This document shows positions 12,031 to 22,470 of a DNA stretch of 64,000 nt, one piece after another. A program made the position numbers and the translations under genes. Each line of letters begins with the position of its first letter. The stretch's first letter is position 1. Below the pieces are notes generated by a model. That model was not told where the DNA came from and made no database searches. It was given only the letters and a program-made list of their open reading frames with translations. The stretch is from Lama guanicoe (lineage: Eukaryota), in contig MU057102.1 of assembly GCA_013239625.1 (NCBI GenBank), positions 1,141,432-1,205,431 of the forward strand. Reading direction: 5' to 3'.

Positions 12031-15000
12031 CCACTTAAATAAGTGGAGGGACCAGAGGCTGTGCCCCGAAGCTGCCTGGGTTCAGACCCTGAGCATGGAG
12101 TCTGAGGGGCTGGTTGCTTGGTCCATGTGTCACCGAGAAACTCTTTAACAAGTCACGTACACCCAGGCCCCCATCTGAAACCTCGGCACCATCCCATAAG
12201 ACAGGACTGTTGTCCCGTGTCGTGGTCAGAGTGACGGAGGCTGAGAGAGCTAAAATAAGTTACCCAGATCCCCCGTTAGCTAATGGACAGTCTGAACGAG
12301 ACGTCAGCAGAGAGCCCTCCACGTGTCGGGCACAGGTTAGTCTGCTCATGGCTGGCTCTGATGGTGGGACCAGAAGGAGCCGTTCATTCCCCTTCTTCTA
12401 ATCTGGGACGGCTCCCAGAGGAGGTGGTGGTTAAGCAGCGTTTGGAAGGATGCGTAAGAGTTTGCCAGGCAGCCCAGGGTAAAGAGAAGGCATTTGGGGC
12501 ACGGAAGCAGCCTGAGCCAAGCCCGCCTCGACAAGAAATGGCCAAGGGTGGTGATGTGCAGACAGCTCCCTTCTTCCTGCAGCATGACTGGGTGTGTGGG
12601 GTGGGTGATGATGGGAGGCCAGAGGCAGAGGGCTGCCAGGCCTCTCCTGCCACCTGTGTCCCTGCTTCTCCTGCAATTTCATGTTTTGGGAAATCCCTGG
12701 GCCTCGCCTGCCTGTCCCTTAGTTTCATGATTAGAGGCTAAAATCTAGACAGGAGCTGGGGTGGGAGGTCCACTTTGGCAGGAGCCCAACAGGTCTCCCA
12801 TGAGCCCACCACTCACGGCCCCTGTCCCTGAACTTTGGTCACCAAGGTCCCCAGCCCTGATGGCCTTTGTCCTCTTTTGGTCACTGTTGCCCAGACGTGG
12901 ATGTCTTGATGAGATCTGTCACACATCCCTGCCCCTTGGCTACCTCAGGACCACATTCCTGCCCCTTCCTGGTAAGGGACAACAGGGGCTGGCTGGGCAC
13001 CTGTTAGTCATTCAACAAATGCTTGCAGACTGCCCCAGCAATGGGTCCTCGAGTGTGAACCTACTGGCAGCCTAGATGGAGACCCAGTCACAGCAAAATG
13101 TGCTCAGGGCTCTTGGGGCTGGGGGAGGACTGGCTTGTCCGCAACAGCAAGGCCCCAGAAGGAGGCAAAGTGGGAGGGAGACTTGGGAGACAGGCAGGAG
13201 TTTGAGGTCAGAGCCTGGAGGAGAAGGTGACCAGGAAGAGGACGCGCAAATGTGGGGGTCGTGGGTAACAATGGGGGGCAGATGGCTCTAGGAGTCCCCG
13301 ACCTTTGCGCTCACACCTAAGGGTGAGTGTAGACAGAGATATAGCAGGAGAGGCAGGAGGAAGGCACGGTCAGTGGGCAGAAGAGAGACCCTGAGGAGCA
13401 AGTGAGATGAGGATGGGGACCGCCATCCATCAGAATTAGCAACACAGGTGCCAGCGGCAGGGGTGAGGGCAGGTTCAGGGAGCGGGGTGGGTGAGGTGAG
13501 CTGAGGAGGTTGCACAGAGCTGACCAGGGTGGAAGGCTCTGGAAGATTTGCTGGGAAAGGAGCAGAGATGACAAGTAGCCAAACGAGTGAAATGGGGCCT
13601 CAAACGGGTTTGTGCCCCCGGAGCCGGCATCCCCCACGTGCAGCCCCCGCGTAGCTCAGAGCGACGCTGAGGGGGCGTCCTGTGGAAATTCCCACCTGAG
13701 CTCTCCTGCCCCCCTCGGCCTGCGGTGACCTGGGCCCCGTTTCCAGGGAGGGGGGTCTGGGCTGAGAGGACTGTCGCTCCCCCGAGAGCCCTTGGGGAGT
13801 GTGTGCTGGGGCTGGGTTAATGTTTGCACAATCAAGTTCAAGATCCACCCCCTGGTGACTGGGCTTCGAGAATGTCCAGAATTCCAGCAGAGTTTCCCCA
13901 CCCTGGTCTGGAATGTGGGTGCTCTGGGGAGTCGGGGCCAAGGGCGTTAGGGTGTCCCCGGGTCGCATCTATAAGCTTTGGTGACTTCCCAGGCTCCCAG
14001 GGAAGGCAGCAGCCGGAGTCACATGCAGGCACCCAGCCTGGGAGCTGCTGCTCCGTTGTCCCCTCTAGGGCCCCCTCCCGGTCACCCCACCACTCACGGG
14101 CAGATGGTCCTGCGGAGTGGGGGGGGTGTGTCCTGTGATGGGAGGGACCCCTGAGACATGGCCACTCCCGGCTGTGTGGCCGCTCAGAACCTCCTCCCTC
14201 ATTTTTTAAAGGAGGGGCCTGCTTTGGACTGGTGGGCAGGTTGGGGTCCCTCTGAGGATGTGGCAGGGAGACGTACCAGCCCGGGCCTCCCTCCCCTGTT
14301 TATCCTTTCCCACCAAATTCCCCCAGGTGCCCACATTGTGCTATTTGGGGTGTTGACGAGGAGCACCCCTCTTCTGCAAGCAGAGGAGTCCCTGGCACAA
14401 ATACAACCAGGACTCGGCCTTGTCGCGGGCCGAGGAGGAGTGACGGGGCGGCAGAGCCAGCAGTTCCCGGCGAGGGTGGCGCCCGCCTGGACAGAGCCGG
14501 ATGGGCCGGGGCCGAGGCCGGAGTGGGGCGTGGGGCTGGGTGTCTTCGGACCTCGGGAACTGCTGACCGCTTCCTGCAGGCCTTCGCCCTGGCCCGGGTG
14601 GCCGTCAGTCATCTGGGAAGCCTGTTTGGTCCTGATATTCCTGTTTCGCAAAGAGCAGTTCCTGAAATCGCGGGGCCCAGGCCCTGCTCCTCTTTGATCT
14701 GGGCTGGCTTCAGCCGCTAAGTCCAGAAACAACAAACAGGCCAAGCCCTGCTGGCCACAGGCACAGTCCTGGCGCTCGGTGCAGCGGCTGCGTGCCGGGC
14801 TCCAGGCTAGAGGCGCCTGTGTCCGTCCCGGGCCGCGTCTGGGTCAGACGTGTGCATGTGCGTGCGTGTGTGTGTGTGAAGGAACCAGCTGGTGAGGGCA
14901 CCTTGGGTCTAGTGATCCTTCGACCTGGGCAGGGCTCAGGAATGTGCCTTGGAAGGTGTGTTTCTGGGAGATTGCCTCAGCGGGGGCACCTCAGTGTCTT

Positions 15001-17140
15001 ACCGACGTGGACCCACAGACCAGGAGAGGTGATGGGGTGTGGCTTGGTGTGGACCGTGTGAACACTGGGGACACCCCCTCCTGCGACCTTGGGTGAGGGG
15101 CTCTCTTGCCCATTTGTAGGCTTGAGGGACAGACTTTGCCATCTGGCTGCCCAATCACCTGTCTTTGCCGGGAGCGCACTTAAGTGTCACTTCTTGGTTA
15201 TCCTGGATAACTGAGCTCTGAGCCTGCAGTGACATCCCTGACCCGCAGGAGGAGGGAGGCAGGGAGCCGCCTCGTGCGCTGTGCCCCGAGCCAGCGTGGA
15301 GCACAGGCGGTCTGCGGCTGCCTGGCCATGGCTGCCCCGCCCGGCTCCGGCCTTGCGCTGGCTCCACCCTCCCTGCGTAGCCACTCTCCGAAGGGGGAAC
15401 ATATAGGGTGGCAGGGCTGCCTCTGCGCTGGTCGCGTCCTGCATGGCAGCGGGACCCTGAGGTGCTTTTCCCCTCATTCCCCACTCCGCCCAGTTCTCTG
15501 GGGCAAGGCCCCGCTCCTGGGGCCAAATCCTGCCCCTGTCTTGTAGATAAGGTTTCACTGGTACACGGCCAGATCCGCTCACTTCCTAGCAGTCTTCAGG
15601 CTGTAATAGAGGCCCCAAAAGCCAAACCTACTTCCTCTGGCCCTCTATAGCGCGATTGCTGCCCCTGCCAGAGTCCCGGGCGTGGCTTGCTGCTGCCGCC
15701 AGGAGTGGCTGACGACCAGAGGGAGTAGTTCTGTTCCCTCAGCCTACACCCACCCCTCCCCCAGCCTCTGCATTCCTGGGATTCACTGTTTATGGCCTGT
15801 TGAAGATTAACCCTCAGGGTGACAGTGTGACCGCCTTCATCCTCTGTGCATACCTGGGGCAGGCTGGGCTTAAGTGCCCTTCTGGCGGCCTTCCTCCGGG
15901 GAAGAACTTTACACCCTCTCTTTGCCTAGTCTCTTTTGCTCCAAGATCCGGTGGAGGAGCCTCCTCCTCCAGGACGCCTTCCTAGATTTCACTCCCCTCT
16001 CCGTCCCCTCCCAGGCTTCCATTTGTTGCTGCACAGACTGTGCTGTCTCAGTCTCCTTCCAAGTCTGTCTCCCCAACTAGTCTGGGAGCCCCCTTGTGGG
16101 TGGGGACACGAAGGCGGAGCTGGGATGGTGGAGCTGGGATCGCTGGGGGTGGGGGCAGCTCTGAACCTCAAAGTGCAGAGCTATCTCGAGGCAGAGTAGG
16201 GGATCCACTAAAAGGCTGGACCACGTGACAGGGAGGCTGTCCAGGGGGCCCCAGCAGGGCGTGGGGGTTGCTCTGGGCCACCTCTCTGGGCCCGAGACTG
16301 TGCTGATATGGCGCCTCATGGTCCCAAAGAACCGGAAACGCCATGAGATGACATGACAAAATTAGCAATTGCCTTTTGTCTTTGTATGACCACTCTTGTT
16401 GCTATTTGCCCCACGAGCCAAAAAGTAAAAAATTGGCTGAGGGCAGAAGGCAGGGCACCTCTCAGCCTTGTATCTCGGCTCTGGATTGCAGCCCAGGGCC
16501 AGTGTCTGTGGTCCAGGAGTCTGGTGGGAGCTGTCCGGGGGCCCATGAGAAACTTCTGCCTGCAACGGCAGAGTCGAGTCCAGGAGGAGTGAAGGCGGGA
16601 GGGGGCCTACCTCGGACCCTCAGAGCAGCTGCCAGGGGACGGGTGCAGCTTTTCCCACTGGGAGTTCCTGGGAGCTCTCGCTCTGGCTACATCTCGCCCC
16701 TTAGAGAGTCAGTGGTCTGCTTTGGCCCAGGGGGCCCTGGCATCCAGCCTGGTGCTGCTCCCCTGGCACCTGGGGGCTGTGTGAGCCGGGGAGGTCCTGC
16801 CTCCCCCTGTCCCCCTGCTACCCAGCCCAGTGGGATGGTGGTCATATACCAGGATGGCCGCTGTCTTTGTGTCCAGCGTCTTCTTGGCAAGTGAGAACTG
16901 AAACTTGTTACAGCCCTGCAAGGGTCAGAGCTGCTGACCTCGAAGGGCACTTAGACATCTCCAAGCCCAACTCCACCGTCTGAAAGGGGGGAAACTGAGA
17001 CCCGAGGAGTGATAGGCTCTCTCCGAGGGACCCAAAGGCTGGGCTGGGCCTACCCTGTGTAGCAGCCTCCGAGGGGACCGCACTTCGGAAAGCCCCTGAT
17101 TTGAAAGGCTCATGTTCTTCTTCTGGAAGGCTATTCAGGG

Positions 17141-17320
17141 ACACTTGCAGAGTTGGGGTATGGTCTGTGAGGCTGGGGTGGGAAATGCAGAGTTGGGGTG
17201 TTCTGTACAGAGTTGAGGTACATCCTGCAGAGCCAGGGTACAATGTACAGAACTGGGGGGCGCTGGGCAGAGTTGGAGCTCTCTGCAGAGTTGAAGAATG
17301 CTGGGCACAGTTGGGGAGTC
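17141..17320. repeat. Degenerate 20-bp minisatellite, 9 units, core (T/G)GCAGAGTTGGGGT
   Basis: Core starts at 17146, 17166, 17186, 17206, 17226, 17246, 17266, 17284 and 17304. Confidence 0.8.
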
Positions 17321-18589
17321 TCTTGGAAACCACCTTGGGCCAAGAGCAGCTGCAGAGACAAACAGGATGTGGAGTCTTGGGCCATGGCAGGGGACAATGG
17401 CCAGGAGAGGAAATGTGTCCAGACCCATGTATGGCCCTGGAGCCTGTCTGGGGCCTCTTTCAATACAGCTTGCAGAAAAACAAAGGGAGAAGAAGCAAAC
17501 AGCTCGTGTTCGGCACAAGGTGGGGATCCGGAGAGCCAGCTGCAGAGCTGGGGGTGCCCACTTCACAGATGCAAGACTGAGGCCGAGACTAGCGGGGACA
17601 CATGCCCCAGGGCACACTGTGAGTTGCACAGAGGTCTCAGTGCTGAGAGCAGCTCCTCTGCACAGCCCCCCGGGGCCTCATGCAGCACTAGGACAGGCCA
17701 GCCGGCTCACTGAGCGGCCAGGCCTGGGGACAGGTTGTGGCGCTGGCCCTCTGACACGTAGCAATTTCTCCACTTGCCTGGTGAGCTCTGTCCCCAGCTC
17801 TTGGCTGTGCAGGGCCTGCAGGAGAGGACCGGGCACTGGAGTTTGTTGAATGAACAGATGTCTGAGTATAGCTATGTCGTGCACCCTGTGGGAGAATTCC
17901 TGCCTCTAGTTTAAGCCACATGATGGCCCAGAGCAAGACCACAAAATAGCCCCCAACCCACCCTGGGCTTCCCTGAGCAAACAAACACCGAGGCCCAGTG
18001 ACCAGCACAGCAGCGCTGAGCTTCCAGGCGGCGTCAGTGTCCCAGGTGCCATCGCCAGCTCGGCTCCTGCCCTGAGGGGCAGCCTGCACTGGAGACAATG
18101 GGCTGAGAGCCTCACCTTCTGGTGGAGAAGGACGAGAAGTGGGGTTGAAAGGCTGGGGGCGGAGGTGGGCGTGGGCGTGGAGGGAGAGGTATGCTTGCCC
18201 AGGAGAGGGGTCCCCATGGAGGCTGGGGCGAGGGAAACCCAGCGCCCGACGTCCTGTGGCCAAGGCAGCAGGCCCCTTGCCAGGGTCTGGGCATCACCTG
18301 CGCCCAAGGCTGTGAAGCGGGAGGTGCAGGGAGCGGGACAGAGGCCCCTGCCGGCTGGGCTGGGCTGGAGGGAGGCCAGCCTGGAGTAGGGTGCTGAGGG
18401 GGCTGGGGAGGTGGAGAGGCAGGTGGAGCTCAGGACACCAGAAAGCCTTCAGGACAGGACCCTGGGCCTTGAAGGACTGCAGTTCGCTGAGGCCGGGGGA
18501 GCCCGGCAGGAGGGCGCTGTGGTCAGGCAGGAAGGCACCCCCCATACCAACCCCAGACCCAGCCTGCTCCACCCTCCCGTGGGCATCTA

Positions 18590-19008
18590 GTGCGCCGGCC
18601 TGGAGCGCGGCCCCCGCAGGAATGTCCACCGGAACCTCTGATCACACGCTTACTTAGAAAGAGGGTCTTAATGTAATTAATGTGAGGATCTCAAGATGAG
18701 GTCCTGCTGGGTTATCCGCAGGGCCCTAAATACAATGATGAGTGTCCTTATAAGAGAGACAAGAGGACACAGAGGGGAGGCCGCTGACAGGCAGAGATTG
18801 GGGTGATGTGTCCAGGAGCCCAGGGATGCCTGGAGCCACCAGGAGCTGGAAGAGGCAGGAAGGGCTGCCCCCGGAGTTCCCCGAGGGAGCCTGGCCCTGC
18901 TGACACCTTGGTTTAGACTCTGGCCTCCAGAGCTGTGAGAATAAATCACTGTTGTTTGAAGTCGCCCGGTCTGTGGTACTTTGTCACGGCAGCCCCAGGA
19001 CACACACA
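18590..19008 (+). mobile_element. MaLR LTR (MLT1C/D-like)
   Basis: Hallmark MLT1 segments: gtccttataagaga, gagccaccaggagctggaagaggcaggaagg, ggccctgctgacaccttg, ctgtgagaataaat, gtggtactttgtcacggcagcc. Confidence 0.8.
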
Positions 19009-19571
19009 GTGACCGTCACAGCTGCTCTTCAGGAGAGATTGCTGTCCCCACTCCATGGAGGGGACAGCCAGGCTCAGAGACGCCACGCCTCCCAGTGGAA
19101 GGAAGGGAAAGGACTGCTGGTGGGAGCAGCTACCCCCCTGCTCTGGGGCCTCCTGGTCCCTGGGGGCCCACAGGGTGGCGTGAAATTCTCCCCTGATACT
19201 CGGCCTGCGGTCATGGGGGCTGTGAAAATAGCCACCTGGAGCCTCTGTTTCCTGCTTTGCGGTCACCAAGCACATGGGTGGTGTGCAGGGTGAGGCCCAG
19301 CTGGGCTCGGGGTGCAGGGAGCCTGAGTGCTGGGCCTGGCTCTGCCAGCAAGGTGAGTGGCTCGCTGGCTCCTGTCCTCTGTGGCCAGCGCGGGTCCTCA
19401 GCGGGGACCTTGCCGGCGTGAGGAGGCCCGGCTCCTCCCTTACACCTGGGCTCCGGGCCGCTGCAGAGGGGAGGGGGATATATGACTTTGGGGTGGCCGG
19501 GCATAATGCCAGGAGTTGGTCAGAGGAAGGACAGATGGGGTGGGAGGGTGTCATCCAGAAATACCTTTGCC

Positions 19572-19760
19572 TAGAGTGGTTCTCAGCCTGGGTGCCATTG
19601 TCCCCAGGGACAAATGTCTGGAGATGTGTCTGGCTGTCACAGCTGGGGTCAGCATCTAGATGGCAGAGGCCAGGGATGCTGCTAAAATCCTGCAGTGGGC
19701 AAGGCAGCCCCTCCCCATGACCAAGAGCGATGCCCTAGATGTCAGCAGGGCCGCAGTTAC
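19572..19760. mobile_element. MER20-like hAT-Charlie DNA transposon relic
   Basis: agtggttctcagcctggg...aatgtctggaga...ggctgtcacagctggg...gcatctag...gaggccagggatgctgctaaa. Confidence 0.7.
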
Positions 19761-19975
19761 CGTGGCCCGGGGCTGTCAGCATCTGTCAGGCCTGGCTCTG
19801 GGCTGTCTTCTAGTTTCCACTGGCGCTGGGCCTGTCACGTGACCTCCTGGCCCTCAGTTTCCCTGTGTATGAAACGGGCACATTAGCGCTTCATTGTTCC
19901 TGGTCATTGAGCCGGGGCATATGGGAAAGCCCAGCCTATCCAAGAATGAGACAGACAGAGAAGGTTGAGTCCTGC

Positions 19976-20112
19976 TTTTTTAAAAACATCTTTTTTTGTG
20001 TGGGGGGAGGTAATTAGGTCTATTTATTTATTTTTAGAGGCGGTACCGGGGATTGAACCCAGGACTCCCTGTATGCTAAGCATGTGCTCTACCACTTGAG
20101 CTACACCCTCCC
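19976..20112 (-). mobile_element. tRNA-Ala-derived SINE (camelid vic-1-like)
   Basis: Minus strand GGGAGGGTGTAGCTCAAGTGGTAGAGCACATGCTTAGCAT...GGTTCAATCCCCGGTACC, with tail ACCTAATTACCTCCCCCC. Confidence 0.87.
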
Positions 20113-20443
20113 TCCGGTTCCTGCTCTTGTTTCCTGGGTCTGGGCTGAGGCCAGCGACCTCTCCGGCCTCTGGGAGGGCCTGAGAGCAGGTAGGGGCTGG
20201 GGCCAGAGGCCGACCCCAGTTCAGTTCCTGCTTCTTGTCCCAGAGGCTGGAGACCAACTCCCTGCTCCCCAAGCAGGGCTGAGATTCCCTGCTCTCAAAC
20301 GCAGGTTGGGCCTGGAGCCAGCGGGAAGGCGAAGAGGGAAGGCGAGCCTGTGGGAAGATGCCTTCTTCTACTGTGCATGTTGGAGTGATCGGGCCAGCGG
20401 GCCGGGGCAGCCCTGGGCAGAGGGAAGCAGCTGTATCTATGCC

Positions 20444-20529
20444 TGTGCACGTGAGTGCATGCGCATGTCCTCCTGTGCATGCCCGTGCATGTGTGCGGGT
20501 GCGTGTGCGTGTGTGTGTGTGTGCGCGTA
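20444..20529. repeat. (TG/CG)n alternating purine-pyrimidine tract
   Basis: Perfect alternation 20499-20529; degenerate upstream. Confidence 0.85.
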
Positions 20530-20579
20530 GCACATGGAAGAGGGACAGCTGAGGCTGGCAGGGCAGCTGGTGGACTTCC

Positions 20580-20800
20580 CCAGTATCGGCGGCTCAGGCG
20601 AAAGCCTGGGTGGCCCCTGGCCTCTGCCTCCGAGCCTGGGTGCCCGGCAGCGGGCAGGCGGGACGAGGCCTGGAGCTGGTCCAGGACGGAGCTAATGATC
20701 AACCGGCCCTTGGAGGCGGTGCCGCCGCACGGGGCCTGCCCCTCGCCAGCGGCCCGGGCGCAGGGAGGAAGTCGGGCAGGAAGCCGGGGGCGGTGGCGGC
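20580..20800 (+). promoter_or_regulatory. CpG-rich TATA-less promoter of SH3TC1
   Basis: Dense CpG cluster; tandem ETS-type motifs GGAAGT (20767-20772) and CAGGAAGC (20777-20784); GC-box-like GGGGCGG immediately after; 6.5 kb upstream of the first coding exon. Confidence 0.7.
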
Positions 20801-20934
20801 CGCTGTGCAGTCAGCTGGGCCGTGGGTGCCCTGGCTGGGGGAGACGGCCTACGGGGCCGGCCTGCGGTGCCAGCCTGCGAGGAGCCGGGAGCGGCCATCT
20901 GGTGACTGCGGTCACCTCTGAGGAGTGGGCGCAG
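20800..20934 (+). other. SH3TC1: Candidate non-coding exon 1 of SH3TC1 (start approximate)
   Basis: Ends in donor CAG|gtacgg at 20935 at the 3' edge of the CpG cluster; no ATG in this interval. Confidence 0.6.
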
Positions 20935-21036
20935 GTACGGGGTGCTGGATGGGGGTCGGGGGGCAAGGACTGGCTGAGCAAGGGTCATCCGCAGAGCCGG
21001 GTCTTGAATCTGAGTCAGCTCTTGCCTTTCACTATC

Positions 21037-21078
21037 TTGAAGACTTTTCTGACCTTTTTGAAGACTTTTCTGACCTTT
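21037..21078. repeat. Perfect 21-bp tandem duplication TTGAAGACTTTTCTGACCTTT x2
   Basis: Units 21037-21057 and 21058-21078 are identical. Confidence 0.95.
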
Positions 21079-22104
21079 TGGGATTGGGAGGGAGCAGAAC
21101 AGCCATCTGGGGAGGCCCTGATGGCAGTGGACACAGGGTAGCAGACGGGCCGGGACGCTGGGAGCCGGGCTGTGTGGCCGGCAGTGACCGCTTTAGTGAT
21201 GTTGTCAGGTTTGATAGAGCAACTTGCTCCCGTGATTTCACTTGACTCCCTCTTCACACGGGAACCCAGCCAGTGTGTCCCGAGGGTCTGGACAGGGCGT
21301 GGGAATGTCACCAGTAAGCAGGGTTCTGGGTCTAGGGGCCTCAGGTGGGCCCCCACCCTAGGTTGGAGTCACCTCAGGCAGACACTCAAAGTGCCCACTC
21401 AGGGTGGCGCTGCAGCTGTGACCCAGCCACTCTGAGGTCACCGCCCCTCTTCTCCATCAACAAATGAGACAAGTGACTTGATGAGTGACCCCAAACAGAA
21501 AGTTCTAGGGGAGACCCAGACCCAAGTCTTTTAGTGCCAGGTCCTGCCTTGAGCACGTGGTCCCAGCAGAGGCCTGAGACCCTCCCCTAGCCTTCAGGGA
21601 CCCGCCTGGGAGCCCCAGGCCCATCTGTGAGGGTTTCATAAAGACAACAGAAGGCAAAGTGACACTGTGGGGAGTTAGTGATGCCGGCAACTTGGGATGT
21701 GCCCCCCCACCGAGGAGAGTAAGGGGGCAGGGAGGCTGGGGCTGGGCTGAGCGGGGGCCTGAGGCGGGGTGTGCCCAGATTAAGGGTGGGTGTCGAGGAC
21801 TGGGCTCGGACCCCGCTGGGTTCACATCCCATGGGTGTCCCCCTGGCCTGGCCGAGTCAGCTCAGTGCTCATTGCACCTTGATGGCCCGTCTGTGAAGTG
21901 GGCACCGTCATGCTCCTCAGGCCGTGGAGTAGACTAAGCGAGGACACTTAGCGCCGTGGGTGGTGGCTCCTGGTAGTGACCGTGCTTCCAGAGTTGGGTG
22001 TTGTGCCAGCATTTGATGAGCCTGAGGTCACTTAACCCCCTCCCCAAACATCTGCCTCACAGCAGGGACAATCAGGGCACGGCGGACAAGGGGCGACCCC
22101 CAAG

Positions 22105-22470
22105 CTGGGGCTGCTGCGGCAAAGTGCCGCCAGCCGGGGGCTTCAAACAACAGAAGTGTGTTCCCTTCCAGTTCTGGGGGCCAGAAGTCTGAAGCCCAGG
22201 TGTGAGCAGGGAGCAGCCCCCGGGGGCTGCGGGGAGGGTCCTTCCTGCCTCTTTAGCTCCTGGCGGCTTGTGGGCTGTGGGCGCATCCCCCTAGTCTCTG
22301 CCTCTGTCCTCACACGGCATCCCTCAGTGTCTCTTGTGTCCCTCCTCTTCTTATAAGGACCCAGTCCAAGGTGACCTCCTCTTAGCCTCAGCTGCAAAGA
22401 CCCCATTTCCAGGTAAGAACACGTTCTGAGGTTACGGGCGGACATGAATCTGAGGGACACTGCTCACCCC
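22105..22470 (-). mobile_element. MaLR LTR (MLT1C-like)
   Basis: Reverse-strand MLT1 motifs: cttcaaacaacagaa, cagttctgggggccagaagtc, tcttcttataaggac, ctgcaaagaccccatttcca. Confidence 0.75.

Noticed and set aside
17141-17320. CRISPR-like repeat-spacer appearance
   Set aside because: 20-bp period with 5-nt linkers, degenerate repeats, mammalian context and no cas genes.
1-20000. Exons of a neighbouring gene such as ABLIM2 upstream, or HTRA3 after 57300
   Set aside because: No LIM, villin-headpiece, IGFBP/Kazal, trypsin or PDZ-like peptide seen in any frame of the ORF track or by eye.
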